From positions 1,088,001 to 1,152,000 of the forward strand of contig OZ241857.1 in the NCBI GenBank assembly GCA_965203315.1: a stretch of DNA of 64,000 nucleotides, in the 5' to 3' direction. Shown here piece by piece: positions 21,199 to 31,870 of this stretch (position 1 is its first letter; each line of letters begins with the position of its first letter). The notes below the pieces were generated by a model. It was not told the origin of the DNA. It ran no database searches and saw only the letters and a program-made list of their open reading frames with translations. Both the position numbers and the translations under genes were made by a program. The DNA comes from Nitrosopumilus sp. (lineage in GTDB: Archaea; Thermoproteota; Nitrososphaeria; Nitrososphaerales; Nitrosopumilaceae).

Positions 21199-21721
21199 GT
21201 TTTGATAATCGGTAGTAGATATGTTTGGTCTATTTTTATTTCTAGAAATCTTGTTACAGACTTGATGAATGTGTCATATGAGAACACATATCGAGTAATG
21301 ACATAATGCGAGATATGGTAGATCCTGTCAAGACACATATGCGCTAACTAGAGCAAGACATGACAAGTCTTCATCAGACATAGATTTGAGACTCTATCGC
21401 CAGATCCCACACCCTAGATTGGCAGAATCTAAAGTCTATGTATCCAAAAGCAACAAACTAGAAGATACACAGCCGATCTAGTACGAGCCTGAACATCGTA
21501 TAGATGTGCAAGCTAGATATCGTAAACACATGCTGGATGCGACTCGGCATAGTACCATCTGAACACAATCACGATAATTATTGATGAACTTTGGTATTTT
21601 TCCAACTAGGATTTTTGAAAATAATCATTTTTTTAAAATTTTTTCATATTTTCTAGGGATCTTTGTAAATTTACTACATTCATGCTTATATAGGTGTGAT
21701 TTACATACAAAACACTAGAAA

Positions 21722-22093
21722 ATGACTTGTAAAGGAATATGCGTCAGATATAAGGCTCAAAAACCGGTTGGGACAGGGCGATATGCTTCTGGTCAACGAC
21801 GTTGTCAAATCTGCGAGATATTTATCAAGTGGGAAGGACTTTGGTGTCCATGTTGTGGATATCGACTTAGAACAAAACCACGTAATCTAAAGTATAAAGC
21901 AAAGTTGCGTGCACGAGTAGAAGCCGACTCTATGGAGGCAAAATCTAGTGCAAAGACAGCAAAGAAGACACCTTGCGAGTATTGTGAAAAGATGTTTGTG
22001 TATCTAGCTAGACATCAGTCCAAATGTAAGAGCAACCCTGCAAATCAAACCAAAGTTGCTGGCAAACGCGAATCAATAACAATAAAAACATAA
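21722..22093 (+). CDS. Cys-rich zinc-binding hypothetical protein
   Basis: C.GIC, RCQIC, CPCCG..LRTKPR and a C-terminal C..C...H...C finger. Confidence 0.75.
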   Translation: MTCKGICVRYKAQKPVGTGRYASGQRRCQICEIFIKWEGLWCPCCGYRLRTKPRNLKYKAKLRARVEADSMEAKSSAKTAKKTPCEYCEKMFVYLARHQSKCKSNPANQTKVAGKRESITIKT

Positions 22094-22111
22094 GAGACTG
22101 CTGGAATATCA

Positions 22112-22450
22112 TTGACCTCATCAGATAGGTTTGTAGAGAGAGTTGTCAAACTATCTGACCGTAGTTTTACAATACGGACGCTACGGTTCGATAATGGCTA
22201 TTTTGTATCTATATCTGAAGGTACCGATCTACTAGGTTCGATGGTAGCATCGCTTGCAGCAGGACCTACACCAATAACTACCAACATAATACCATCACGA
22301 ACAGACTCGATATTTTTAAGACTCGTGTCAGAACGACTTTGTACGCAAGCGCGTGGTATTGCACTAGTCTCAGTCAATACACAGAGAGAGATAGACTCAA
22401 CTATTGCTCAAGATATAATGTCCGAGATCGTGGAGATGATTCAACCGTGA
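22112..22450 (+). CDS. Hypothetical protein, proteasome assembly chaperone 4-like
   Basis: F.NG.F.SISEG...LGSM..S pattern; family assignment from memory. Confidence 0.5.
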   Translation: MTSSDRFVERVVKLSDRSFTIRTLRFDNGYFVSISEGTDLLGSMVASLAAGPTPITTNIIPSRTDSIFLRLVSERLCTQARGIALVSVNTQREIDSTIAQDIMSEIVEMIQP

Positions 22451-23781
22451 CCGATCTGCGCAAGTTTCTTACAAAGATACAAAAGATCGACGAACTACGA
22501 CGCATCAAACCTAAAGTATCTACAAAATATGAGATTGCTGGGATCACAGCCAAGGTTGATGGTTCTGATGCAGTACTGTTTACGAATATCAAAGAGAGTA
22601 AATTCAATCTAGTTGCGAATCTAGTTGGGACGCGAAGACGTTTTGCGCTAGCAGTTGGAAGTTCAGAAGAGTCGATACATGAGACAGTGATTGCAGCTAT
22701 ACGCAATGCCAAGAGACCCAAAATAATCTCTACAGCACCGTTTCTTAAAAATAGAACTAGAGATCAGAGAGTGTTACCAATTGTGACACATTTTGAGAAA
22801 GAGTCTGGACCATTTATCACATCGTCTATAGTATATGCAAAAAACCCTGAATCAGGTAGACAGAACGCATCGTTTCACAGATTGATGCCTATAGACAAGG
22901 ATCACTTTACAATCAGGATGGTCGAAGGTCGTGACCTACACAAGTGTTGGACTGCTGCAGTAGAACAAGGTCAAGATCTACGAGTTGCAGTTACCATAGG
23001 TGTTCATCCTGCGATATCTATTGCAGGTGCATATCAAGCAGAATGGGGTCGAGATGAGATCGATATTGCAAACTCGTTACTAAATGACAAGCTAACCCTG
23101 ACCAAACTATCTTACTCACAACTTGCTGTTCCTTCTGGTGCCGAGTTTGTAATGGAGGGAAAGATACTTGCTGACAAGACTCATCCAGAGTGGATGGTCG
23201 AGATGTTACAGACATATGATCATAAACGATCCCAACCTATCTTTGAGCTCGAGTCATTGTACTATCGTGATGATCCAATATTTCATGATGTGTTATCTGG
23301 ATATGCTGAACACCGACTATTGATGGGGATGCCTATAGAGTCCAAACTAAATGATCAACTAGGGAGATCATTTCGCAATATACAACATGTATCCATGACA
23401 GGTGGTGGCTGTAACTGGCTACATGCAGTTGTACAGATAAAGAAACGAGCTAATACAAATGTTGCAAAGATAATCACAAAAACATTTGAGATACATCGTT
23501 CACTCAAGCAAGTAACTGTTGTGGATCATGATATCGATCCAAATAATCCTATAGCAGTAGAGTATGCGATGGCCACTAGATTTCAAGCAGATCGTGATCT
23601 AATAATAGTAAAAGATGTACGTGGCTCTAGTCTAGATCCATCTAGTGATCAAAGACGACTACGTACTGCAAAGATGGGAGTCGATGCAACGAGACCTCTT
23701 TCAAAACGTCCTGAAGGGTTTGAGATAGCCAAGATTCCCAACATCGACAAGATTAACCTGAAAAAATATCTCATAGATTAA
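22447..23781 (+). CDS. UbiD-family decarboxylase (probably anhydromevalonate-phosphate decarboxylase of the archaeal mevalonate pathway)
   Basis: N.SFHR, E.V.EG, EH.LLMG, VVD.DID, GSSLDPS, KMG.DAT; GTG start overlapping the upstream stop. Confidence 0.88.
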   Translation: MTDLRKFLTKIQKIDELRRIKPKVSTKYEIAGITAKVDGSDAVLFTNIKESKFNLVANLVGTRRRFALAVGSSEESIHETVIAAIRNAKRPKIISTAPFLKNRTRDQRVLPIVTHFEKESGPFITSSIVYAKNPESGRQNASFHRLMPIDKDHFTIRMVEGRDLHKCWTAAVEQGQDLRVAVTIGVHPAISIAGAYQAEWGRDEIDIANSLLNDKLTLTKLSYSQLAVPSGAEFVMEGKILADKTHPEWMVEMLQTYDHKRSQPIFELESLYYRDDPIFHDVLSGYAEHRLLMGMPIESKLNDQLGRSFRNIQHVSMTGGGCNWLHAVVQIKKRANTNVAKIITKTFEIHRSLKQVTVVDHDIDPNNPIAVEYAMATRFQADRDLIIVKDVRGSSLDPSSDQRRLRTAKMGVDATRPLSKRPEGFEIAKIPNIDKINLKKYLID

Positions 23782-23808
23782 ATTGTATATATAACAATGA
23801 ATGCTTGA

Positions 23809-24282
23809 TTGTCAGATCGTCGCTCAAAAAGTCCATCCGAGTCTCAAGCAGAAGTAATAGTTCGAATGTTTCCGTCAGATGCAAACCCGGCCGGTAATGT
23901 ATTTGGTGGCGAGATTCTAAAGAATATAGACATGGTTGCAGGCATTGTAGCCCAGCGTCACTCTCAATCCAATGCAGTAACTGCGTCTATGGATCGTGTC
24001 AACTTTTTAAAACCAGTCTTTGTTGGAAATGTACTAAAACTAGTTGCTAGAATCAACTATGTCCACAACTCATCTATGGAGATTGAGGTTCGCGCAGAAG
24101 CCGAAGATATTCAAACCGGAATACAAACCATCACTGCTACAGCATTTGTGACATTTGTTGCTCTAGATGATGATGGCAAACCTATCCATGTTCCAAAACT
24201 TGAACTAAAGACTGACGAGGATCGTAACAAGTTTGAGTTGGGTAAGGCTAGAATGGAAACGAGACGACAGAGCCGCAAGTAA
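23809..24282 (+). CDS. Acyl-CoA thioesterase (hotdog fold)
   Basis: P.DANP.GNVFGG.IL..ID..A; VTAS.D.V.F..PV. Confidence 0.92.
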   Translation: MSDRRSKSPSESQAEVIVRMFPSDANPAGNVFGGEILKNIDMVAGIVAQRHSQSNAVTASMDRVNFLKPVFVGNVLKLVARINYVHNSSMEIEVRAEAEDIQTGIQTITATAFVTFVALDDDGKPIHVPKLELKTDEDRNKFELGKARMETRRQSRK

Positions 24283-24368
24283 TCGTTGAAATGATCTTTA
24301 ACATTATACTTACAAGTATCTTTGTTAATTAAACTCGTACAACCATGATGTTCATCGGCATTGTGAAT

Positions 24369-24617
24369 CTAACCACTCAGTTCACGTCTCATATCTTCTT
24401 TATTGAGGGCTCGTAGTGTCCAACGCAACGACGGATCTTTTCTTTTCTTCCACATAACAAGAAACTCTAATGCAGAAAGCAGATTTGGTTCTTCGGCAGT
24501 AGGAGGAATAATGTAATGGTCCAAATCTGTAGGTTGATCTGATTTTCTCTGGAACTCTAGTATGTAATGATTACCATGCTCATCAACAAGCAAGTATTTC
24601 ATAAGAAATTTACCCAA
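24369..24617 (-). CDS. Small hypothetical protein
   Basis: ORF only; no recognised motif. Confidence 0.4.
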   Translation of the reverse strand: MGKFLMKYLLVDEHGNHYILEFQRKSDQPTDLDHYIIPPTAEEPNLLSALEFLVMWKKRKDPSLRWTLRALNKEDMRRELSG

Positions 24618-24865
24618 CTTGTCTTTTGAATAGAATCAGATACTATTAACTATTCTTAAAAAAAAGCGACTAGGCATCTAGGCCCCAAATGATCCTTGAA
24701 CCACACACAAATTCAATAAATCCTAAATCAGTCAAAAAAATAGTAAGATACGACAGAAATTGATTGAAAGTTGATGGATCCTATCTCAGAATATTCGAAT
24801 TTCGTTAATTTAATCAGTCGAGTTGTATGTAGAGTCATACTTTTGTGAACTAGCGTTTGGTCTTG

Positions 24866-25720
24866 TCATTTAAGAGATTGTCGAGATCTCTTTGCCTGAA
24901 TGTTTGCTTCAAGATTCTCTGGGTCTAAATGTTTGGGGTCTAGTTTTTTTGATTTGTTTAATGCGTTCAATGACTCATCTAATAAATCAAGATTATACAG
25001 TACCATGCCGAGTACATACTGTAAAGCAGCATCTTTTATATCCAATTCGATCACTTCCCTAGCACACTCTACTGCTTCGTCATATCTATCTGCATCATTC
25101 AAAATTATAGTCTTGTCTAACAGATATGTGGGATTTTCTGGTTCGATGGACAGTGCTTCATCAATGCACTCTATCCCTTCGTCATATCTTCCAAGATCAG
25201 ATAGTATAACTGCTTTTTTGTACATTGTATAACTATCTAGATCAGTTAGTGCTGCTTTATCATAGCAATGGAGTATATCTTTTAATAATTTCTTGTCTCC
25301 AGTTTCTTCATAAATCTCATTTAGAGCATGTCCCTTCAAGGTATATGCACCAAGATCGATGCCACCCTTTATGGCCCTGTCTGCCCATTTTACGGTCTCT
25401 TCAAATCGTTCGAGTTCAAACAAAAGGTCTGCTTTCATATATGCACAGAATGGCTCTAAATCATCATAGTTCTGTATCTGAATAAGACACTCTAATCCTT
25501 TATCGAACTTGTCAAAGCTCTTGTAAAACATAGCCTTGACTATGTATAGCATTGGATCATCACTCATAGATAGCATCAACATATCACAAATTGATAATGC
25601 ATCCCTTTGCTTACCTTGTTTGGCTAGGTTCAGTGCATTGATTAATGGATCTATATAATAGCCACGCTCTTTTAGGAAACCTTCAATTTCATCAAATATT
25701 GTGTTTAGTTCTACCATCAT
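24866..25720 (-). CDS. Tetratricopeptide repeat protein
   Basis: Repeated KG/KA..L..LG.Y.EA..C...A...DP units. Confidence 0.9.
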   Translation of the reverse strand: MMVELNTIFDEIEGFLKERGYYIDPLINALNLAKQGKQRDALSICDMLMLSMSDDPMLYIVKAMFYKSFDKFDKGLECLIQIQNYDDLEPFCAYMKADLLFELERFEETVKWADRAIKGGIDLGAYTLKGHALNEIYEETGDKKLLKDILHCYDKAALTDLDSYTMYKKAVILSDLGRYDEGIECIDEALSIEPENPTYLLDKTIILNDADRYDEAVECAREVIELDIKDAALQYVLGMVLYNLDLLDESLNALNKSKKLDPKHLDPENLEANIQAKRSRQSLK

Positions 25721-25756
25721 TGTCTAGATATTATCGCTATTAATATGTGTCAAGTC

Positions 25757-25870
25757 GGAACTTTTCGATTTATGTGGTTAATGGTTACAGAAAAAGCACA
25801 AAGGGATTCTATAAGTGAAATTATCAAAAAAAAGCCTTACGAAAAACCACTCCACGTAAATCGGAGATTC
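25757..25870. mobile_element. MITE family C (~114 bp)
   Basis: IR cgatttatgtgg / ccacgtaaatcg; near-TSD gtcaagtc / gtaaagtc; homologous to 35729 and 37184. Confidence 0.7.
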
Positions 25871-25895
25871 GTAAAGTCTGTCAACAAGTCAGATT

Positions 25896-26762
25896 CTATG
25901 CGGATTCTAGATTTGACATGATATCTCGTCTAAGATTCTCAGTGTCAACAAATGATGGATCTAGTCTAGTTGCAGTGTTTAAAGCATGCAAGGACTCTTG
26001 CATTAAACCAAGATCGTATAGTGTACAAGCAACAACATACAGTATATGAGAGTTTTTTGGACCTAGTTTGAGTACCTGCTTGCATTGTTCTGTTGACTCG
26101 TCATATCTGCCAGCTTGATGCAGAGCAGTTGCTAGGTCACTCATAATTTCATATTTTGACATTATGGCACCGTCTGGATCCAATGATAACGCTTCTTTGA
26201 AACATGATATCGCTTTATCATACTCTCCAAGTATACCAAATATCCTTCCTTTACCATCTAGTATTATGTCACTTGGAGCGCCCTCTAAGGCTTTGTTATA
26301 ACAATCTAGTATCTTGTTCAATGTCTTCTTGTTTTTAGATCCACCGTAAAGATTATGCATCGATAGTCCTTTGTAGGCATATGTGTTTGGGAGGTTTATC
26401 CTAAAAAGTATGAGTTTATTTGCTAGTCTTATTGCTGCCTTGTTTCTATCAGCCCAGTGTAGATATCTCAATTTCAGAGATAGGTAAGTAGGTAGAAACT
26501 CTGATTTGTGTGGCGGTATAGAGTATTTTATTGCACGGTCAATACATTCTATTGCTTTATCATACTGATCAAGTTCGTCATAAAATCCAGATTTAAGGCA
26601 ATATGTTGATGGCTCGTTTGGTTTTGACTTTATTGCCTTGTCGCAGTATACCAATGCCTCTTCGTATCTGCCTTGATCTCCAAACTTTATTGCCTTGTCT
26701 AACGGATCATTAGGATAATATCTTTGATCGTTGTAAAAATATTCTGTCTCTTTAGGTTCCAT
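25896..26762 (-). CDS. Tetratricopeptide repeat protein
   Basis: TPR units; paralog of 24866..25720. Confidence 0.9.
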   Translation of the reverse strand: MEPKETEYFYNDQRYYPNDPLDKAIKFGDQGRYEEALVYCDKAIKSKPNEPSTYCLKSGFYDELDQYDKAIECIDRAIKYSIPPHKSEFLPTYLSLKLRYLHWADRNKAAIRLANKLILFRINLPNTYAYKGLSMHNLYGGSKNKKTLNKILDCYNKALEGAPSDIILDGKGRIFGILGEYDKAISCFKEALSLDPDGAIMSKYEIMSDLATALHQAGRYDESTEQCKQVLKLGPKNSHILYVVACTLYDLGLMQESLHALNTATRLDPSFVDTENLRRDIMSNLESA

Positions 26763-26829
26763 ATATCCTTGTACAACTGATAAGGTGTTTAATATGTAAC
26801 GAAAAAAAAGAATTGATTACGTCTCAAAG

Positions 26830-27250
26830 CGGTAACAGTCACTACGCCGGTGGTCACTATACTGCCGTCAATGAGTACCTGTCACCGTTATAGAAATCAC
26901 TCATGTAAGTCGGATATTGTATAGTTTGTTTTACTGTCCACACTAGGAGTGTTGGCAAGGTTATGCCAAATCTATCGGTATAATCTGTTGGAGATGAAGT
27001 GAGTGTGTCATTAGTGAAAAGTTGTTCATAGTGTAATTCCATCGAGTTATTGTTACGGAATCGGCCTCTAATGTACCAACATTCTTGAACTGTCAGTAGT
27101 GTCACTAGTACCTGCCTTGAGACTAGTCTCGCCAAGATGTAGATCTTTTTGTTGTTCCACCGAATACACCAGAACCTACGATACCGATTGTATCAGCAGT
27201 CATGACAGCTGCAAGCCAGATCAGATTCTCTTTGGTAAATTGAACCGCCC
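26830..27250 (-). pseudogene. Decayed gene for a small secreted/pilin-like protein
   Basis: Hydrophobic LIWLAAVMTADTIGIVGSGVFGG segment and GDRYSLTAV fragment in different frames. Confidence 0.3.
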
Positions 27251-27335
27251 ATAGTACCCGAAATAAGTTCATGTTTTATCTCACACCAGAACCACAAATA
27301 GATTCATTTAAGAATAACCAAGTCTACCATCAGAT

Positions 27336-27743
27336 ATGTCTCAATCCGACAACAATGAATGGAGTTCATTATGGCAAGAGTATGCTAGAGCACTTGAGAC
27401 ATGGAAGTCTCTCTTTGAGCAGATGCAAAATGCAAGCAATGAGATGCAATCCAAATTTAACCAAGTCTGGGAAAAAGCCGTGAGTGAGTCTAGTGCCGAG
27501 ACCATGAAAACCTTTGGCGCAAACTGGCAGAAAGCAATGTCCGATGTAGGCTTTAAGTCATTTCAGGGATTTAACGAAGGGTGGCAAAAGTCACTCAATG
27601 ACTCCAATATCCAGGCATTTACGACATTTGCTACGAACTGGCAAAAAATGATGAGCGCTAATGGACTAGAACAGATGAAGTCATATGGCGAGATGATGAA
27701 AAAATTTGCAGATACATGGAATGCAATGTGGCCTACAAAATGA
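27336..27743 (+). CDS. Amphipathic helical repeat protein (phasin/apolipoprotein-like)
   Basis: Three 19-aa F...WQK repeats; Trp/Gln/Met-rich. Confidence 0.7.
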   Translation: MSQSDNNEWSSLWQEYARALETWKSLFEQMQNASNEMQSKFNQVWEKAVSESSAETMKTFGANWQKAMSDVGFKSFQGFNEGWQKSLNDSNIQAFTTFATNWQKMMSANGLEQMKSYGEMMKKFADTWNAMWPTK

Positions 27744-27783
27744 GATCGCCAAGAGTTAAAAACACAACGATCTCCACAACAGT

Positions 27784-28434
27784 ATGACTCAAAGCGAATG
27801 TTTAATAGAACTAGATAGTTTTGATGATCTGGCACGGTTCGTCTGTGCGTCTAGAGAATATCCTAGACGGGTATACTCACACCTAGTTGACGGTACACGA
27901 GTCTTGTCTAGTACTTTGAGTCTTGTAAATACATTGATGATCCTATACTACAAGATGCCCAAATATGGCAAGTATGTCTCATATCGAGTTAGAGATGGTG
28001 ACGAGACATGTGGTGTGGTCGAGTCTACCAAAGATATCTCACACTATGCACCAATAGTTCATGGAGTATCGGATATATCATCACTGCCTGTAGAGACAAC
28101 ATCAACAGATCAGTTTCGTCCAATAGAGCTGCAAGACCTTGGTAGTCTAGCTCGTCTCACATACGATCCAGAACTTCCAGAAGAACCAGATCTAACTCTC
28201 TATGCAATCCCACATGACGAGTCGTGGGTTGTTGGATACATTACATCACTAGACATGCAAGATACAATCTATCACTTTAACTATGTACGATTGACTACAA
28301 AACCTACAAAGTCATTCTTAAAGTATCAAGGAAACCACGGTCAAGATCCAGAATTTGATGACTCGTTTGAACATGGATATACATATCTGCCAATAATCAA
28401 GATAAAACAATCACATCCTATCTTTGGGTTATGA
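27784..28434 (+). CDS. Hypothetical protein
   Basis: 216-aa ORF; two similar halves (I.L.S..DLAR / IEL.DL.SLAR; PIV / PII). Confidence 0.75.
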   Translation: MTQSECLIELDSFDDLARFVCASREYPRRVYSHLVDGTRVLSSTLSLVNTLMILYYKMPKYGKYVSYRVRDGDETCGVVESTKDISHYAPIVHGVSDISSLPVETTSTDQFRPIELQDLGSLARLTYDPELPEEPDLTLYAIPHDESWVVGYITSLDMQDTIYHFNYVRLTTKPTKSFLKYQGNHGQDPEFDDSFEHGYTYLPIIKIKQSHPIFGL

Positions 28435-29097
28435 TCTAAACTCGTTGATCTTTACTCTAGACTCGTCTTTGATTTTAATCATCAAAGGAATGTAAGTTTT
28501 AATGGAGTGTATTACTTCCATACTCTCTCTTCCAATCTCTGCAAACGTAGTAGCAATTACTTGATCGTCGCTAACTTTGGGTTCTCTAGCTCGTGTACGC
28601 TTGTTGTTTATGTGCATCAAGAATGTAGGTAGCTGATGTCTCATAGCTGTGTGTATGTGGATCTTTGATCGAATCCTACCATGTACACCCACTAGCTCTT
28701 GAGCAGGATCACCATGATATCTATCTCTCGATATCATCATAATTTTTATAGTCGGCGATCTCTTGTTGTCTCGAATAAACCTTCTCGCTCTATCGATAAA
28801 AGAGGGATATATCATTTGATGTTCATTTGCATAATTTTTTGTAAACCAGTTACAAAACGCCAATGCTTGTTGATCGTTACGTTCTAGAGATCTAGCTCTA
28901 AAACTATGCTCTGTTATCTTGTCTTTCGTAAATAATCCAAAGTCAGTATCTGCATCCTCAAATATACTATCAAATACGCGGTCTGTAGATGTTGCAAAAT
29001 CAAATAATAGATTCGACACAGGCATGGGATCTGGATCGTATAATTGTATCTGATTATATCTGAATTTACACTCTTGTATATGTTGATCAGTGTTCAT
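28429..29097 (-). CDS. Hypothetical protein
   Basis: 222-aa ORF coupled to the upstream gene. Confidence 0.7.
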   Translation of the reverse strand: MNTDQHIQECKFRYNQIQLYDPDPMPVSNLLFDFATSTDRVFDSIFEDADTDFGLFTKDKITEHSFRARSLERNDQQALAFCNWFTKNYANEHQMIYPSFIDRARRFIRDNKRSPTIKIMMISRDRYHGDPAQELVGVHGRIRSKIHIHTAMRHQLPTFLMHINNKRTRAREPKVSDDQVIATTFAEIGRESMEVIHSIKTYIPLMIKIKDESRVKINEFRS

Positions 29098-29470
29098 CGA
29101 TTGTATCAGCTTTTGAATATTTTGATTGTGATTTCAGATTTGTTGCAAGCTCTCTAAAGATATCATTTACGCTAACATCTACAAAATTTATAGTTGCATT
29201 CTCTTTTACGATCTGTTTTTCAAACTTTTCCTTTACTGCAAAAGATACTGATGACCAATGAAGTACTCCTTTTAGCTGCTCTTGAACTGTAGCATTAGTT
29301 GTAGGAAAGTTTGCGGGTGAAAAGACAATTCCGTCTGCCCACTGCATAGTAGGTATTGCTCCCCCAGATGATCTCGTGCTAAATGCAATCTGTTTTACCC
29401 AATCATCAAACTTGTACTCTATGACTTCATGTATTATTAGTTTCTTCCAGGGCTCAATTGATATCTCCAT
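29087..29470 (-). CDS. Hypothetical protein
   Basis: 127-aa ORF, PWKKLIIHEV and W.DG.VF motifs. Confidence 0.75.
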   Translation of the reverse strand: MEISIEPWKKLIIHEVIEYKFDDWVKQIAFSTRSSGGAIPTMQWADGIVFSPANFPTTNATVQEQLKGVLHWSSVSFAVKEKFEKQIVKENATINFVDVSVNDIFRELATNLKSQSKYSKADTIDEH

Positions 29471-29605
29471 CAGCAGTCTCTAGACTATGTTTATTATAAC
29501 TCTTGTTTATAATTTACAGAATTATGGTATCATTTAAGACAGTATCATTTATGATAGACTGTACAGCTTGTTGTTTCTGTACAATTTATTGTACAGCACT
29601 ATAAA

Positions 29606-30082
29606 TCACATGTTGTTTGAATGCCACGCTTGATTGAATCTCTTTATTGCTTCTTGGTATGCCTTGATCGAATCGTCTCCTGAAATCCTTAGAAATTTGT
29701 CCCATTGTTCATTAAACTTTTTGATCGATTGTATGTTGGTCTCTTTGAAGATATTCTCGATCATCCTTGTCTGTTGTTTGATGTACTCTGGTCCTATCTC
29801 ATCCCATGTACTCTCCCAGCTAGAACTGACCTTCTTTAACAGCTCAGTATCTGAGTCTTGAGCTCTTTGACATGCATTGTGATATGCTACCAGAGCCTCG
29901 TTTGTGGCACGTTGCCAATCTGCTAGTGACTCTTTCCATACGCGTAGAGCAGTATTGTACTCTTTCCATGCACTCTCAAACTCTGATTGGGACTCTGTTG
30001 GTTTCTTTACTGGCTTTGCCTTTGGTGTCTTTACCAATGTCTTTTTGGGTTGTGATTTTGTACTTGGTTTCTTGGTCGCCAT
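29606..30082 (-). CDS. Amphipathic helical protein with Lys/Pro-rich N-tail, paralog of 27336..27743
   Basis: W.EY..AL..WK motif shared with 27336..27743. Confidence 0.7.
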   Translation of the reverse strand: MATKKPSTKSQPKKTLVKTPKAKPVKKPTESQSEFESAWKEYNTALRVWKESLADWQRATNEALVAYHNACQRAQDSDTELLKKVSSSWESTWDEIGPEYIKQQTRMIENIFKETNIQSIKKFNEQWDKFLRISGDDSIKAYQEAIKRFNQAWHSNNM

Positions 30083-30206
30083 AGTATTATCTAAAAACTA
30101 GTAGATGTTAAGTCTTTCAGTATCCCTAGTCAGTCATCCGAATATCATCAATGTGACCGAATTGGATTCAAGTGTTGAGTAATTGCCACATATCACAATA
30201 CACCAT

Positions 30207-30362
30207 TCAGATCTCTGATGCTTTTGTAAATTTAGGCGCATGTTCTGCATTACGGTTCTGGAACAGTAGATAGTGTTTTTTGCATAGTCGTCTCTTCTCT
30301 CTAAATCCGATATAAACTGTCTTTACCGATTTTTCTTTGCATTCACTAATACTACATTGCAT
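30207..30362 (-). CDS. Small putative Zn-binding protein
   Basis: MQCSISEC...LCKKHY; start trimmed from the ORF track. Confidence 0.55.
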   Translation of the reverse strand: MQCSISECKEKSVKTVYIGFREKRRLCKKHYLLFQNRNAEHAPKFTKASEI

Positions 30363-30683
30363 GAGAGCTAGGAATACTCGCTCATAATAAAACGTTAAGA
30401 ATATTGGTCTTATTATATTCCAATATGGTTCTGTGAATTTGGCAAGAGGTTGAGATCTAGATGACATTATCTCAAGGAATGCATATTGTGCGGTATAGTA
30501 ATTTTAGCAGATACGCGACAATTTTTCATACTTGTGATTGGGATTTTGTCTAAAACTATTAACTCTCAGGTAAACAGCTTGCACAATTGCGTTAACTGAT
30601 ATTGCAGAAATTTGGTGTTGAATCTTGTGGTAAAAATCAAATAATCGCCTAGATTTTTAACTGCTTGTGGTGTTTGGAATATC

Positions 30684-30875
30684 ATGGTTGAAAAAGGTGA
30701 ACAGTTTTTACAGTTGGTAAACGAACAGAATGATTTGCAGTGGAGTATAGTCTCCAAGTTATCTGCTCTGATCAAGGCAGATTGGCAGTCAGATGATATC
30801 AAAGTGGAACTGACACGACTAGTTGAACGACATATTGAGATTACAAAACAGCTCAACAATATCGACATCAATTAG
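30684..30875 (+). CDS. Small helical hypothetical protein
   Basis: 63-aa ORF preceded by a TTTTAA box. Confidence 0.55.
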   Translation: MVEKGEQFLQLVNEQNDLQWSIVSKLSALIKADWQSDDIKVELTRLVERHIEITKQLNNIDIN

Positions 30876-30938
30876 CCTCCACAAATACATCATGTGATTA
30901 TGTAAATGGTATTTTGTGTACTGTATACGAGTATGACA

Positions 30939-31868
30939 CTATAACGCAGTATCTACCATTAATGCGATAAACAAGACTGTAAGATATGGACTAGAGAACT
31001 TGAATAGAGTCCAAGATGCTTTTTCCATAGGTTTTGCGATAACCCATGCTGATAATACTATCATTAAAGAGCCAGATGCAATAGCAGTCCACAGATAAAC
31101 CTCACCCACTAAAGATTCACCACTATCTGTGATCAAGAAGAACGGCACAATAGAAAAGAGCACCATAACCACAGTCGATGCAGCAATAGTTCTTGCAGAT
31201 GTCTTTTCAGATTGGATAGCAGTTAACATTGGAACGTTAACTTTGTTATAATCTTCCTTAAAGTGTAACGTGAGTGCCCATATGTGCATCGGTATCCAGA
31301 TGAATACGAGACCTGCCATAGTTAGTCCCATAGTCCAGAGATCTGTAGTAGTTACTGCAACCCAACCGATCATCGGAGGTGCGCCACCACATAGACCACC
31401 AAGTATTATGTTTGTTCTAGAATTTCTTTTTAGTGCATACGAATATACTAGAACATTATTCAACAAACCAAACGCGATAAATACGGTTGCCCACATTCCT
31501 TGCTCCATAGTTGTAGTATACGAGATACTAAATGCCAATACTAGAGATATTGCAGCTAGTACCAATCCAAAGTTTCTTGCGTGCTCTGCTGGATGAATCC
31601 TCTTAGAGGGCAATGGTCTATTCTTTGTTCGTTCCATTATTGCGTCGATGTCACGGTCATGATAGTTTGTTAGTGTATTTGCGGCAGCCGATCCTGTTGC
31701 TACTGAGAATATCATCAGTATCCATGTGAGAGGTGAGACTTCAATATCGTATATCTGAGATGCTGTAAGGGCTGCTCCAAAGGCCGTAAAAACCAAGAGA
31801 TACCATATCTTTGGTTTAGTAAGCTCATAGTATATAGAAATCTTGGACTCTGTCCTTTGTCGTTGCAA
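30939..31868 (-). CDS. cyoE: Protoheme IX farnesyltransferase (heme o synthase)
   Basis: LTKP.I, N...DRDID..M.RT..RPLP, W.P.H.WAL, DY....VPML. Confidence 0.95.
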   Translation of the reverse strand: MQRQRTESKISIYYELTKPKIWYLLVFTAFGAALTASQIYDIEVSPLTWILMIFSVATGSAAANTLTNYHDRDIDAIMERTKNRPLPSKRIHPAEHARNFGLVLAAISLVLAFSISYTTTMEQGMWATVFIAFGLLNNVLVYSYALKRNSRTNIILGGLCGGAPPMIGWVAVTTTDLWTMGLTMAGLVFIWIPMHIWALTLHFKEDYNKVNVPMLTAIQSEKTSARTIAASTVVMVLFSIVPFFLITDSGESLVGEVYLWTAIASGSLMIVLSAWVIAKPMEKASWTLFKFSSPYLTVLFIALMVDTAL

Positions 31869-31870
31869 CT

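Noticed and set aside
21153-21338. N-terminal extension of the 185-aa ORF
   Set aside because: Runs past the IS481 terminal repeat; the transposase start is the ATG at 21152
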